A DNA stretch of 64,000 nucleotides from Candidatus Hydrogenedentota bacterium (GCA_963668025.2 CAXXTH010000010.1:384001-448000), one strand, 5' to 3'. Positions 30,765 to 42,800 are shown, counted from the stretch's first letter. Numbers and translations: made by a program. The notes: generated by a model not told the origin, from the sequence alone.

Positions 30765-30953
30765 TTTGAAACTCCTCTTTTAGAACCTCTCCCTCTACTC
30801 ATGCCCGCTTAAAGCATAAAAATAGAGTATCTACCCGCAACGGCATAAAATTCCAATTCGCCGGAGGAAATCTCCATTCGTGAAATTTGGTTTCCTCTTT
30901 ACTTATAATGACAATGTGTATTTCTGGACAGTGTCCCAACAAAGAGGAGAATC

Positions 30954-31718
30954 ATGGATACCACGCTGCATCAACTCATCGAGATGACCCACTACTTGGG
31001 CGATCCTAACAAGAATTTCGCCATGCTGGGCGAAGGAAACACATCGGCGCGCATTGACGACGACACGTTCTACGTGAAGGCTTCCGGCACCAGCATGGGA
31101 ACCATCGGCGCGGATGGCTTCATTAAAGTATCTATTTCGAAAGTGGTCCGCATTCTGGATGACCCGAATGCCGGAGATGCCGATGTGACGCGCAATTTCG
31201 AGGAATCCCTTATCGAGCCTGGCGAGACGCGCAGGCCTTCCACCGAGGCGATGCTCCACGCCACTCTGTTGCAAATTCCCGAATACGCTTTTATCGGCCA
31301 TGCGCACCCGGTTTTCACGAATATGCTGATGTCCTCCGTGAAAGCCGAGGAAGCTGCCCAAGGGCGTTTGTTCCCCGACCAGATCGTCTCGATGGGGCCG
31401 CGCTGCGTTTATGTGCCCTATGTGGATCCCGGCCTTGTGCTCGCCCGCGAAGTGAAACGCCGCTTCGAGGCGTTCATTGAAGAAGAAGGGCAACTGCCCT
31501 CGTGCATCCTCATGCAGAACCACGGGCTTATCGCCATGGGCGCGACGCCGAAGGCTGTGCTGAGCTGCATGGAGATGACGGAGAAATCCATGCGGATCAT
31601 GTGGGGCGCGTATGCGGCGGGCGGCCCGAATTTCCTCCCGAAAGAGCAAGTGGACCGCATCTACACGCGGCCCGACGAAGTGTACCGGCTCAAATGCATC
31701 GCAGGCGGGCAAAAATAA
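30954..31718 (+). CDS. Class II aldolase/adducin-family protein
   Basis: GEGNTS, PSTEAMLH, HAHP and NHG metal-binding motifs. Confidence 0.9.
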   Translation: MDTTLHQLIEMTHYLGDPNKNFAMLGEGNTSARIDDDTFYVKASGTSMGTIGADGFIKVSISKVVRILDDPNAGDADVTRNFEESLIEPGETRRPSTEAMLHATLLQIPEYAFIGHAHPVFTNMLMSSVKAEEAAQGRLFPDQIVSMGPRCVYVPYVDPGLVLAREVKRRFEAFIEEEGQLPSCILMQNHGLIAMGATPKAVLSCMEMTEKSMRIMWGAYAAGGPNFLPKEQVDRIYTRPDEVYRLKCIAGGQK

Positions 31719-33302
31719 GTGGAATGGTTTGAACGGGCCGAGAAGCCACTGCTCGCCATAACCGCAGGGGCGATGCTCTTGACTGGTTTGGGGAGTGTGG
31801 CGCTCTTTAACTGGGACGAAGGGCTATTCGCGGAAGGCGCGCGGGAAATGCTCGCGGGCGGCGATTGGATTATCGCCCATGTCAATGGCCATCCCTATTA
31901 TGATAAGCCTATCTTGACGTACTGGCTGCAAGCCGCCAGCGCATGGCTATTCGGAGTCAATGAATTGGCGTTCCGGCTACCGTCCGCGCTGGCGGCCTTC
32001 GCATGGATTGGGGCCGCCTACTGTTTCACGCGGCGTTATTATGGCGGGCGGGCGGCCTATTTGGCCGCCTTTTTCATCCTGGTGGGCTTGCAAACCACGA
32101 TCATCGCCAAGGCCGCCATCGCCGATGCGTTGCTCAATTGCTGCATCGCCCTTTCCATGTTCCTGCTCTATCGCTTCTACGATTCGAATGAACGCCGCTG
32201 GCTGTGGCTGGCGGCGGCGGCGGCGGCGGTGGGCGTTTTAACGAAAGGCCCCATCGCGCTGGCGATTCCTGGCGTGACGGTCTTCCTTTTCTCGATATTG
32301 CAGCGCCGGTTCCGCTTTTTCCTGCGCGCGGCCTTTGATCCCATCGCCTGGCTGATTGGCCTGGCCGTCGCGGGGCCGTGGTATGCGCTGGCCATCCGGT
32401 CGCAAGGCATGGATTTTATCCGCCAAACCATTTTGAGCCACAACGTGGACCGCTTCTGGGGCACCGCCTTCGAAGGCCACTCAGGGAGCTTGTTTTATTA
32501 CGCGCCCATCGTGGTCGTGGGCATGCTGCCTTTCACCGCATTGCTATTCGTTGTGCTGATGCGGATAAAACATTTGTGGCGGGAGCCGCTGGCCCAATTT
32601 CTGCTCATTTGGTTCCTCTTTGTATTTGTCTTTTTCAGCCTCGCCACCACCAAGCTGCATCATTATGTCGTGTATGGCTACACGCCCATGCTGGTGTTGA
32701 TGGCGGTGCATGCGGAAAAGATACGGAGCCGATGGCTGCTCGTGCTGCCCACACTCCTGTTATTCCTGCTGCTGGCCCTGGTTCCGCTGATTCTACCCCG
32801 GGTACTGCCATATATCCACGACCCCAGGGCCGCCGCCCAACTCAGCGATACGCAAGATATTTTTGATTGGCGGTTTTCCGTTCCCATCATAGCGGCCATG
32901 CTGGCGCTAGCCGCGCTGCCGTTCTGGCGTAAGCTTTCCCGCCCCGCCCTGCTCACTGCAATCGGGCTCATTTTCACCGCAATCGTCAATTACCATCTCT
33001 TGCCCGTGGTGGCGGAGGTGATGCATGAACCCGTGAAACGGGCGGCCTTGATGATGCGCGAACAAAATACGGAGGTGCTGCTCTATAAGACCGTCGCGCC
33101 TTCTTTCATGGTCTATATGAAACGTCTGCTGCCCGAGCGCAGCCCGAAACCTGGCGATATCGTGTTCACGGAAGTTCCCCGGCTGAAGGAATTGGGAGGT
33201 TATGAGACACTGTTCCAGCAACACGGATATGCGCTGATAAGGTGCATCGAAGGACGGCTCGACAAGCCAGGTAGGACACGCCTAAGAAACACTGTTGAAT
33301 AG
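31719..33302 (+). CDS. ArnT/GT39-like glycosyltransferase
   Basis: WDEG..AREM, DKP and LTKGP motifs; multi-TM. Confidence 0.88.
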   Translation: MEWFERAEKPLLAITAGAMLLTGLGSVALFNWDEGLFAEGAREMLAGGDWIIAHVNGHPYYDKPILTYWLQAASAWLFGVNELAFRLPSALAAFAWIGAAYCFTRRYYGGRAAYLAAFFILVGLQTTIIAKAAIADALLNCCIALSMFLLYRFYDSNERRWLWLAAAAAAVGVLTKGPIALAIPGVTVFLFSILQRRFRFFLRAAFDPIAWLIGLAVAGPWYALAIRSQGMDFIRQTILSHNVDRFWGTAFEGHSGSLFYYAPIVVVGMLPFTALLFVVLMRIKHLWREPLAQFLLIWFLFVFVFFSLATTKLHHYVVYGYTPMLVLMAVHAEKIRSRWLLVLPTLLLFLLLALVPLILPRVLPYIHDPRAAAQLSDTQDIFDWRFSVPIIAAMLALAALPFWRKLSRPALLTAIGLIFTAIVNYHLLPVVAEVMHEPVKRAALMMREQNTEVLLYKTVAPSFMVYMKRLLPERSPKPGDIVFTEVPRLKELGGYETLFQQHGYALIRCIEGRLDKPGRTRLRNTVE

Positions 33303-33446
33303 TTCATCTACTCCGAGTAAACTTCACTCTACTTGTATGAGCTTGTTGGTTTGGATCATAGCTATGTCTCCCTTGGTTCCTGCTGGAGGGATACTTGGCC
33401 CAGTTCTAACGTCAGGGGTTACATCAAGTCGTGAGGGAGATGTGTC

Positions 33447-34052
33447 ATGTTTCGAAGTCAGTTGGCGATTCTCCGACAGTACTCTCGCGCCTATCTGGTC
33501 CTAAATATCGTCTTCTATGGGGCAATTGTGGCCGGAATGCTCCTTGCAGCGCTAGACCCGGATCTTCAGGTCAAGGCGTTACACACGGTGCCGAAGAAAG
33601 GATTGCTAGCGCTCGTTTACGAAGCATACGCTGAACGCGATGTTTTTGCAGCTGCCATATTGACATTCGTTGTCAATCTCGGACTCGGCAGTTTCGCAAC
33701 GATCACATTGCCCTCTTTGCTGATCCCGTTCTCGGGCTTTCTGACCGGATTGTATCGGGCGGTTCTCTGGGGCGTTTTGCATTCGCCCCTCAGACCGGAG
33801 ATTCGGTGGTTCATCCTGCCTCATGCGGTTGTTCTTCTGCTGGAGGGGCAAGCCTACGTACTGGCGATGCTCGCCGCGTATATCCAAGGTACTGCATTCC
33901 TCAGCCCCCAGAGCGTGGGTGAACCATCCCGAGAGCAGGGTTATCTGTTAGGACTAGGACGCACGGGCGAGCTTTACGTTATCATCGCGATCCTTCTGGG
34001 CATCGCGGCGGTCTACGAATCCATCGAAGGGTACTTTCTGATGCCTCACTGA
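33447..34052 (+). CDS. SpoIIM-like integral membrane protein
   Basis: Hydrophobic; 'PH..LLEGQAY' and C-terminal 'AAVYE' motifs. Confidence 0.65.
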   Translation: MFRSQLAILRQYSRAYLVLNIVFYGAIVAGMLLAALDPDLQVKALHTVPKKGLLALVYEAYAERDVFAAAILTFVVNLGLGSFATITLPSLLIPFSGFLTGLYRAVLWGVLHSPLRPEIRWFILPHAVVLLLEGQAYVLAMLAAYIQGTAFLSPQSVGEPSREQGYLLGLGRTGELYVIIAILLGIAAVYESIEGYFLMPH

Positions 34053-34120
34053 GGGACAAAGAGAAGGCAGGGAAGCGAACCGGCAATTGCTGTGGTTCAA
34101 GAAATGATGAAACTACTTCG

Positions 34121-34260
34121 TGGGGAACTCTTTCTTTCGCAGAAAGGGTTCCCCACACCCCTCCTCAAGAACTCTGTTTTCGATCCGCGAGCAAGACGAA
34201 ATTTGAGAGTTTTTGGAGAGGGGTGCGGGGAGGACCTTTTTGCAAAAAGGTCCTCCCCGC
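34121..34260. repeat. Nested palindromic intergenic element / bidirectional terminator
   Basis: Two terminal hairpins (GGGGAACTCTTTC..GAAAGGGTTCCCC; GGGGAGGACCTTTTTGCAAAAAGGTCCTCCCC) joined by an internal inverted repeat, between convergent genes. Confidence 0.7.
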
Positions 34261-34270
34261 TCTTTTCCGC

Positions 34271-34765
34271 TCAGAACGTCTCCCAATGAACCACTTCATT
34301 CAACGTCCGTTTGGATGGAGCGCCTGCTTGCTGGGGATATCCCAGGGCAATAAGGCTCACGAGCCTAAAGCCAGTCGGGGCGTTTACCAACCCGCAAATG
34401 TCAGGGGCGTACGTTTTTTTATCGCCCGCCACCCAGCAAGAACCCAGGCCATGCGCCCGCGCGGCCACCAAGATATTCTGCGTGGCGGCGCTGCCGTCTT
34501 CGAGATAGTATTTGCTGTCTTCCGACAAGACCACGATGCAGACGGGCGCATCGGCGATGAATTTGCCGTAGTCGGTGGTCTCCGCGATGCGTTTGCGCAT
34601 GGCGGCGTCCGTCACCACGACGAATTCCCACGGCTGTTCATTGCGCGCCGTGGCGGCGAGCCGGCCGCAATCCAGAATATCATTGATTATTTCTTTCGGC
34701 ACGGCGTCCGGCTTATAGCTGCGCACGGAACGGCGCGTCTTTAAGGCTTCCAAAGCGTCCATCAA
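34271..34765 (-). CDS. Nitroreductase family protein
   Basis: RRSVRSY, A.NEQPW and GLGSCW motifs. Confidence 0.93.
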   Translation of the reverse strand: MMDALEALKTRRSVRSYKPDAVPKEIINDILDCGRLAATARNEQPWEFVVVTDAAMRKRIAETTDYGKFIADAPVCIVVLSEDSKYYLEDGSAATQNILVAARAHGLGSCWVAGDKKTYAPDICGLVNAPTGFRLVSLIALGYPQQAGAPSKRTLNEVVHWETF

Positions 34766-34782
34766 TCATGCCCTCCTGTAGA

Positions 34783-35973
34783 TTACAAGACTTCTGCTAT
34801 CGCTTGGCAGAGACGCTCCATGTTGTGCTCTGTCATGCCCGCCACATTGATCCGGCCGCCGCCCACGATGTAAATCGCATATTTGTCGCGCAAGGTTTGC
34901 ACTTGTTCGTCGTTCAATCCCGAGAAAGAGAACATGCCCCGCTGCTCGGTGATAAACGAGAAATCCTGTTTCACGCCCTTGGCCTTGAGCGTTTCGACGA
35001 ACAGCGTCCGCATGCCATTGATGCGGTCCCGCATGGCGGTTACTTCATCAATCCAGCGCGCCCGCAGCTCCGGCGTGCTTAATATAGTAGTGACAATCGC
35101 CCCGCCATGTGACGGAGGATTCGAGTAGCTGGCCCGGATGCGCCGCTTGATATGGCCTAACGCCTTTTGCGTGCCGCTTTCGGCGGCCCCCACGACGGTC
35201 AGCGCGCCCACTCGTTCGTTATACAATCCGAAGTTTTTCGAGAAAGACGAACAAATCAAGAGCTCACATCCCGGGGTAACCATGCGCAACAGCCCTTGAG
35301 CATCCTCTTCAAGGCCGTCGGCGAATCCTTGGTAGGCGAAATCGATCAACGGAGTCCAGCCGCGCTCACTCGCCACTTCCGCCAAGGCATGCCATTCATC
35401 CAAATCGGGATCCACGCCCGTCGGATTATGGCAGCAGGCATGCAGCAGCACGACATCGCCGGAAGGAATCTTCCGCAATGCGTTCAGCATGGCGCTGAAA
35501 TCGAGTGACTTCGTCTCCGCGTTGTAATATGGGTATTCGCGCAATTCGAGGCCAGCGGCTGAGAAAACTGTGCCATGGTTGGCCCAGGTGGGCTTGCTCA
35601 TCCAGATAGCGGCTCCCGGTTTTGCGTGCTTGATGAACTCTCCCGCCACGCGCAAGGCCGCCGTGCCGCCCGGCGTTTGCGCGGTAGCGGCGCGGCAATG
35701 GGCAATGGCTTCATGCTCCGCGCCAAAGAGCAGCTCCTGTACGCACCGCCCATATTCCGGCGAACCTTCAATGCTCAGGTAGCTCTTGGAGTGTTCCTCT
35801 TCGAGCAAGCGATTCTCTGCTTCCTTCACCGTATCCAGAATCGGCGTAGCGCCCGATGCGTCCTTATATACGCCCACGCCTAAATTAATCTTATCTGGAT
35901 TCGGATCCTTCTTGAATATTTCCGTCAAGCCCAGAATGGCGTCCGGGGGGGCGTTCTCGAGCTGCTCAAACAT
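34783..35973 (-). CDS. aspC: Aspartate/aromatic aminotransferase
   Basis: NLGVGVY, CCHNPTG, DFAYQGF, SFSKNFGLY and GRIN motifs. Confidence 0.93.
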   Translation of the reverse strand: MFEQLENAPPDAILGLTEIFKKDPNPDKINLGVGVYKDASGATPILDTVKEAENRLLEEEHSKSYLSIEGSPEYGRCVQELLFGAEHEAIAHCRAATAQTPGGTAALRVAGEFIKHAKPGAAIWMSKPTWANHGTVFSAAGLELREYPYYNAETKSLDFSAMLNALRKIPSGDVVLLHACCHNPTGVDPDLDEWHALAEVASERGWTPLIDFAYQGFADGLEEDAQGLLRMVTPGCELLICSSFSKNFGLYNERVGALTVVGAAESGTQKALGHIKRRIRASYSNPPSHGGAIVTTILSTPELRARWIDEVTAMRDRINGMRTLFVETLKAKGVKQDFSFITEQRGMFSFSGLNDEQVQTLRDKYAIYIVGGGRINVAGMTEHNMERLCQAIAEVL

Positions 35974-36407
35974 GTCTCAAACTCCTTTTTTTGCCGTCCG
36001 ATGTTCCCCATATCGCGCATGCATACATGCACTCAAGCATCCCCATCATACCGGAGAAGCCTATCGCGTGTGAAGCAGGCGCATATGGGCGCGCCGAATG
36101 TAGTCAATTCATGTATTTACATTTTATGCATACAAAATGACCGCCGAACTCCTTTTTAAACATTTAGGGGAATTTCTATGAATACTCCGCCCAACAGGAC
36201 GTATCACCTCGTATCGAAACACATGTATCGAAAAAATCCATCCTGCATGAAATAGATGAAAACCGTCATTATGGGACGCCTTAAAAATAAGCATACTAAT
36301 AAATATACTAATTTAGAAATACTGAGAGTTTCTATTTCGCATACGGAATACATTGCCTGTTTACGTTTCGCCGGTCTGCTGTTTAAGCATGAGGTTAGTA
36401 AACGGTA

Positions 36408-36436
36408 TTGATTTAGATGGAAAAGATACTTATACT
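36408..36436 (+). promoter_or_regulatory. Sigma70-type promoter upstream of 6S-like RNA / rny
   Basis: TTGATT-N17-TATACT. Confidence 0.65.
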
Positions 36437-36442
36437 TAACAC

Positions 36443-36640
36443 ACTCAACCTGAGGAACCAGCCTTTAATGCGAGGTTACGCGCGAGGCACGGCAGGTGAT
36501 TCGTATAGATAGATTCTGCACAACAGCGTTTAACAAATATATCCGCCTGGCTTGCGGCCGATGAAAAGGACGGAGGCGTGGCCTTTTTGATCTGTTGGCG
36601 TACCTAGATCTACGATTCGCCCGTTCCGGCGTCTCTGTGG
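36443..36640 (+). ncRNA. Candidate 6S RNA (or structured rny leader)
   Basis: Long irregular hairpin (GAGGC/GTCTC, GGTGA/TCGCC, TCGTA/TACGA, CAACAG/CTGTTG, CGCCT/AGGCG) with AU-rich central bubble, directly upstream of rny. Confidence 0.45.
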
Positions 36641-36706
36641 GGCGCACGATCTGGTGTGTAACCCAGCAAGGCGAATACCACCCTGGTGCAGGGCGGAGGT
36701 CGAAAT

Positions 36707-38269
36707 ATGCCAACAACGACGGCCTTCCTTTGTATTGGGATTAGCTTCGTGATCGGTGTGCTGCTTGCCATCATCGGCGGCCGCATCTTAGGCAAAAAAC
36801 TAACAGGCCAGGCAAAACGGGAAGCTGCCCAGCTCATCTCGGACGCCGAGCGCGAAGCCAATTCCAGACTCAAGGAAGCTGAAACCCAAATCAAGGAAAT
36901 GCGGATTGAGGTCCGCGAAAAAGCGGAAAATGAAGCACGCGAACAGCGCAAAGAACTCGTATCCCTCGAAAAACGCATCATCTCGAAAGAAGAGAGCCTC
37001 GATAAACGTATCGAATCGCTCGAAACAAAATCCAACGAACTCACCAATAAAGATCGCGACCTCGCGCGGCGCGAAAATGAATTAGTCCAAAACCGCCGCA
37101 AGCTCGATGACCTCGTGGACGAGCAGACTGCAAGGCTCGAAACGATCTCAGGCATGACGGCGCAAGAAGCCAAGAAGGATTTATTCGCCCAACTCGAAAA
37201 CGAAGTGCGGCGCGATGCCGCCCTTCGCCTCAAACGCATCGAAGATGAGATGGTCGAGAATTCGGACAAGAAAGCGCGCTGGGTCATCACCCAAGCCATC
37301 CAGCGTTGCGCCGCCGACCATGTGGCGGAGTCCACGGTCTCCGTGGTCGCGCTGCCCAATGACGAAATGAAGGGGCGGATCATCGGGCGTGAAGGCCGGA
37401 ATATCCGCGCCCTCGAGAGCGCCACGGGCATCAACATCATCATTGATGACACGCCCGAGGCGGTCATTCTCTCCGGATTCGATCCGGTGCGCCGCGAGAT
37501 CGCCCGCGTGACCCTCGAACGCCTTATTCAAGATGGGCGCATCCATCCGGCGCGCATCGAGGAGGTCGTCCAAAAAGTCGAAGAAGAAATGGCCCAGACC
37601 ATTCGCGAGATCGGTGAACGGGCCTGCCTCGAGGTGGATGTCCACGGGCTTCATCCCGAGATCGTCCGCTTGCTGGGCCGCCTCAACTACCGTACATCTT
37701 ACGGCCAGAACGTGTTGCGCCATTCGCAGGAGGTATGCCATCTGGCGGGCCTCATGGCGGCGGAGCTGGGCATGAGCGTCCAAGAGGCGAAACGCGCCGG
37801 CCTCATCCACGATATCGGCAAGGCCATCAATCACGAAGTCGAAGGCTCCCATGCCGTTATCGGCCATGATTTCGCCAAGCGTTACGGTGAAAACGAGGCC
37901 ATCGCCAACGCCATCGGTGCGCACCACAATGAGATGGATCAAATCTCCACTACCGCCGTGCTGGTGCAAGCGGCGGACGCCCTTTCCGCGGCAAGGCCAG
38001 GCGCGCGGCGCGAGACCATCGAGACGTACGTCAAGCGCCTGGAACAACTGGAGGATATCGCTAAAGGCTTCGACGGCGTCGAGAAATCATTCGCCCTCCA
38101 GGCCGGCCGCGAGATCCGCGTGATTGTGTATCCCGATAAAGTGTCGGATGCGGAAGCCCAGTTGCTGGCCCGGGATGTGGCTCGCAAGGTCGAGAACGAG
38201 ATGACGTACCCCGGCCAAATCCGCGTCACGGTGATCCGCGAGACCCGGGCAAACGAACTCGCTAAATAA
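36707..38269 (+). CDS. rny: Ribonuclease Y
   Basis: N-terminal TM, coiled coil, KH ([13 protein letters not shown]) and HD (HDIGK) domains. Confidence 0.97.
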   Translation: MPTTTAFLCIGISFVIGVLLAIIGGRILGKKLTGQAKREAAQLISDAEREANSRLKEAETQIKEMRIEVREKAENEAREQRKELVSLEKRIISKEESLDKRIESLETKSNELTNKDRDLARRENELVQNRRKLDDLVDEQTARLETISGMTAQEAKKDLFAQLENEVRRDAALRLKRIEDEMVENSDKKARWVITQAIQRCAADHVAESTVSVVALPNDEMKGRIIGREGRNIRALESATGINIIIDDTPEAVILSGFDPVRREIARVTLERLIQDGRIHPARIEEVVQKVEEEMAQTIREIGERACLEVDVHGLHPEIVRLLGRLNYRTSYGQNVLRHSQEVCHLAGLMAAELGMSVQEAKRAGLIHDIGKAINHEVEGSHAVIGHDFAKRYGENEAIANAIGAHHNEMDQISTTAVLVQAADALSAARPGARRETIETYVKRLEQLEDIAKGFDGVEKSFALQAGREIRVIVYPDKVSDAEAQLLARDVARKVENEMTYPGQIRVTVIRETRANELAK

Positions 38270-38289
38270 CGATTCATTTGATTCCACGT

Positions 38290-38323
38290 GGGGGGAATCT
38301 TCTAAAACAGGAAGATTCCCCCC
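38290..38323 (+). terminator. Stem-loop after rny
   Basis: GGGGGGAATCTTC-loop-GAAGATTCCCCCC, U-run shortly after. Confidence 0.65.
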
Positions 38324-38438
38324 GCGGCAGTTTTTAAAGCCACGGCCTTTATATAATCGGTGCTACTAACTTTCAAATTCTTGTTGTTTTGCAAGGATTT
38401 CCAGTGCAAACCATTGTTTATCAACTTGTTAGAATATT

Positions 38439-38579
38439 ATTTTCACCACGAAGAGCACGAAGCAAAAATTGGTATCATAGTTACCAATGGTTGCCTCTCA
38501 AAACGGTATTTAGCCCATAATATTGTGAATGACAGCTACAGAAAAACCTTCGTGTCCTTCGTATCTTCGTGGTGAAAAT
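38439..38579. repeat. Palindromic element with periodic arms
   Basis: TTTTCACCACGAAGAGCACGAAG...CTTCGTGTCCTTCGTATCTTCGTGGTGAAAA. Confidence 0.7.
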
Positions 38580-38807
38580 CCGGATCGTTGGTTGCGGATA
38601 TGCCGCGTTAGGTTCATCAGTGGTTCCAAAATCGTCGAACACTACGCGGAAGAGGACATATAGTAGCACAAGATATTTTCATGTATTTCGTACTAATGAC
38701 CGCCAAAATGTTGTTTTCTTGAGAAGATTCTCTTGGGAAACCAATGTGTATTAACTGGTTAGGACCTACGATTTTATATCGTATTTTGGCAGATGCATCC
38801 TTTGAAC

Positions 38808-38829
38808 GGTGGGGCAAGCCCCACCCTAC
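38808..38829 (-). repeat. GTAG-type REP
   Basis: Reverse complement of GTAGGGTGGGGCTTGCCCCACC; four copies in window. Confidence 0.8.
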
Positions 38830-38956
38830 CCCTCGAAATTTTAGTGTAATTAGCGTATTTCGTGGTTAAAAAATCCGGTTGCTTGAAGCTATGGCATGTT
38901 AAGTATATTGTTTCGTATTCGAGGTCCGTTTCCCCACTTTCAACATGGAGCATTGC

Positions 38957-39736
38957 ATGCGTATTCTCTTTATAGGCGATGTAGTCGGACGGCCAGGCCG
39001 TGAAAGCGTCGCGCGCTGGGTCCCTCTCTTGCGCCGGGAGTACGGCATTGACTTCGTTGTAGCGAATGGCGAAAATGCGGCGGGCGGCCTAGGCGCCACC
39101 CCTGATACCATTTCGGAATTGCGCGCCTCCGGCGTCGATGCGATCACGCTAGGCAATCATGTGTGGCGCAAAAAAGAGTTGATGAAACGCCTGGATGGCA
39201 TCGAGAACATCGTGCGGCCCGCCAACTACCCGGAAGGAGCGCCGGGCGTAGGCGCGCGGCTCGTGGAAGGGCCTGGCGGACGTAAAATAGGCCTCGTGAA
39301 TCTCGTGGGGCGGGTCTTCATGGAGCCCCTCGAATGCCCCTTTGCGGCAGGCACGCGGGAGGTCGAGCGATTACACCGGGAAACGCCCATCGTCCTGGTG
39401 GACATGCATGCTGAGGCCACGTCGGAGAAGATCGCACTGGGCTGGCATCTGGACGGCAAATGCTCCGCCGTCCTCGGGACGCATACCCACGTGCAAACGG
39501 CGGACGAACACATCTTGCCTGGCGGCACGGCGTATATTACCGATGTGGGCATGACAGGGCCTTTCGACTCCATCATCGGCATGGAGCGGGAGATCGTGTT
39601 AAAGAAATTTCTCACCGGCCTGCCTTCGGAATTTAGGGTGGCCTCGAGCCGGCCAGGACTATGCGGCGTCTGGCTGGATATTGATGATAGAACGGGAGCA
39701 GCCCGGAGCATTGAACGCGTGGCGCGCTTCGAGTAG
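38957..39736 (+). CDS. ymdB: YmdB/TIGR00282 metallophosphoesterase
   Basis: GDVVG, NGENAAGG, GNH, HAEATSEK and GTHTHVQT motifs; follows rny. Confidence 0.95.
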   Translation: MRILFIGDVVGRPGRESVARWVPLLRREYGIDFVVANGENAAGGLGATPDTISELRASGVDAITLGNHVWRKKELMKRLDGIENIVRPANYPEGAPGVGARLVEGPGGRKIGLVNLVGRVFMEPLECPFAAGTREVERLHRETPIVLVDMHAEATSEKIALGWHLDGKCSAVLGTHTHVQTADEHILPGGTAYITDVGMTGPFDSIIGMEREIVLKKFLTGLPSEFRVASSRPGLCGVWLDIDDRTGAARSIERVARFE

Positions 39737-39842
39737 ACTTCCGCGTTCAGCAAGCTACAAGGCGGCAGGCGGTAACGCCTATTCTCGATAACAGGTTTTT
39801 AGGAAACGATTTTTGGTTCGCGCGATTGCGCGGAGCGAGGCG

Positions 39843-42800
39843 ATGTATTTCAAACAACTTGAATTAACCGGTTTTAAATCATTCGCGGACCGGACGGTCC
39901 TGCGGCTGGATCCTGGTATCACCGCCGTGGTCGGCCCGAACGGCTGCGGCAAGAGTAATATCCTGGATTCCTTGCGCTGGGTGTTGGGCGAACAAAGCAG
40001 CAAAGCCCTGCGCGGCTCCCACATGCAGGATGTCATCTTCAACGGCAGTGAAAACCGCCACGCGTTAGGCATGGCGGAAGTGTCGGTGACATTCGACAAT
40101 GCGGATTCCAAATTGCCGGTGGATTTTGCCGAGGTGCAGGTGACACGCCGCCTCTACCGTTCCGGCGAAAGCGAATACCTGATCAACAAAGCCTCATGCC
40201 GGTTAAAAGATGTCCTCGAACTCTTCATGGACACGGGTATCGGCACGCAAGCCTATTCGATGATCGGGCAAGGCAAGATGGATATGATCCTGAGCCAAAA
40301 ACCCGAAGACCGGCGCTTTCTCTTCGAGGAGGCGGCGGGCATCATCAAGTATAAAAACCGTAAAAAAGTGGCCATGCGGCGTCTCGAATCAGCCGAGCAG
40401 AATCTGCTGCGGCTGATGGACATTGTGGCCGAAATCGAACGCCAGATGCGCACCCTTAAACGCCAAGTCAACGCCGCCATCCGCTACCGGGAACTGACCG
40501 AACAGCTTCGCGATATCGAGATCCGGGCCGCCTGGATCAAATACGACCGCCTGAGCCAGCGCGTCGCGGAACTCCGGGAGCTATTCGCGAAGGCCCAAGA
40601 CCTCTACGAGCAGGTCTCGGCGAAAGTGACTTCCCTCGAGGCGCGCCATGAAGAACTGGATCTATCGCGCCTCGAAACCGACCGGGCTCTCGCCTCGCGC
40701 CGGGAGCGGGTCTACGAAATCGACCGCGAGATGGAAAAACTCGAACGGCAAGTAGGGCTGTTGCAGCAACAGACCGAATTTTCCCGGAACCAGCAGCGCC
40801 AGGCGGGTGAAGAGCGCGAGGCCTTCCATGGCCGGGCGGCAGCTATTCGCGAGCAAATCGCACGCACCCAGGCGGAGACGGAGGCGCTGCGCACGGAGCT
40901 CGAAGCCTGCGAATCGGCTATCGGGGAAAAAGCCCAATTCCATGCGGAAACCGCAGGCCGCGCCGCTGAAGCCGAAGAACAAGTGGAACGCTTGCGCACC
41001 GACGCGGTCGAACGCATGAACGCCCGCGCGCGCATGCAGACCGAACTCGAAACCATCGGCGTGCGCATCCATAACGTGGACACGCAACTTGCTTCCATTC
41101 AAGAGCAGCAAGGTGCTGAAGATGAACGCCGGGCTGGCGTTGAAGGCCGCCTCGATGAGGCCCGCCGCGAGGAAAGCGAAAAACATGCGGCCTTGGAAAT
41201 CGTCGAGAAAGACAAGGCCAGCGCCACCGCCGAGCATGCCGCCCAAACTCAAGCATTGCGTGACCTGAATGAGCGCTGGCAAACCTGCCGCGAACGGAAG
41301 AGCAGCCTCGAGGCGCGCCTCACTTCGCTGCGTGAACTGCGCGATAATTATGAAGGCTTCGCAGTGGGCGTGCGCGCGGTCATGCGCGCCAAAAACGAGA
41401 ATATGGCCGGCATGGAGGGCATCATCGGCCCGGCGGGCGACCTGCTCTCGACAGAAAAAACATACGAACAAGCGATTGAAGCGGCCCTTGGCGGCAATAT
41501 CAATAATGTCATCGTGAAAGATTCCGCCGCCGCCAAGAGCGCCATCAATTTCCTTAAAAAGCATAATGCGGGCCGCGTCACCTTCCTGCCGCTGGATATC
41601 ATCCGCGGCGGCGCGGGCGACCAGGGCCAAGCGTTGCGCAAACGCCCAGGCGTCATCGGCCCGGCTATCGAGCATGTCCGTTTCGAGCCGCATATCAAGA
41701 GCGCCGTCGAGTACCTGCTGCACAGCACGCTGATTGTCGAGACCCTCGACCATGCCATCGAAATTGCCCGGACGGAACGCAATTACCCGCGCCTCGTGAC
41801 GCTGGAAGGCGAAGTCGTCTCTTCTTCAGGCGCGGTGACGGGCGGGCGCGCCAAGAATGAAAGCCGGGGCTTGTTGGGCCGGAGCGCGGAAATCACCGAA
41901 CTCGGAGAGAAAACAGAAGCGCTGCAGAAAGAGATCAAGTCCATCGCGGAACGTGGTGAGGCCGTCACCAAGGCCATCCAGGAAGCCCAGCGCCTGGCCC
42001 GGGAACTCGAACAACAAGAATCGGCCTTGCATAAAGAACTGGGCCAGCTTGGCGTGGTGATTGCCCGGCAAACCACCGAACTCGATAACCTGAGCGAATC
42101 GACGGCGGCCCTGGCGGGACGCCGCGAAGCGCTTGCGGAACAGCGCAGGCAGCTCGAAGGCCAAAAACGCGAAGTGGAAGAGCGGACGCAATCGCTCGAA
42201 AATGATGATGAAACCCTAAAAGAGCACATGGCCCAAGCGCAAAGCGCGCTCAGCGCCGTGCGCGAAGCCGCTAATGCAGTGGCCAGCGAGCTGGGCAATC
42301 TGCGCGTCCAGCAGGCCTCGCTCAACCAGCGCATGGAAGAGCTTCTGCGTGACGCGGAACGCGAACAGCGGGAACTCGAGGCGGCCATCCGCGACGCGGA
42401 GCGTCGGCAAGAAATGCTGGCACAGCATGCCGGGCAGGAAGAGACACTCGAGGAGGAGATTCAATCCACGCTCGAACGCGCGGGCGAACTCTCTGAAAAC
42501 CGTGAACAAGCCCAGGCATTGGTGAACGAATCCGAAAACGCCCGCCAGGAAGTGCTCGATGAGCTGGAAAGCATTGATGGCGAGCTCCGCTCCTTGCGCG
42601 AACAGCAGCGGTCGGGCCAAGTGGACGTACATCGCTTCGAGCTTGAACTCCGGTCGGACGAGGATAAAATAGGCTTCTTCGAAGAGCGTATTTTAACGGA
42701 ATACCATATCGCCCTCGCCCAGCTCTCCGCCGAACAAGTGGGTGAAGACGAATATGACGAAGAGACGCGCGAACGCCTCGTGAACGATATCCGGGAACGC

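Noticed and set aside
32210-32230. (GCG)n run
   Set aside because: Trinucleotide poly-Ala in a TM helix; cannot shift frame
33303-33446. Possible attC or cassette boundary before the SpoIIM-like gene
   Set aside because: A TTCTAAC is present but no convincing paired core sites or fold
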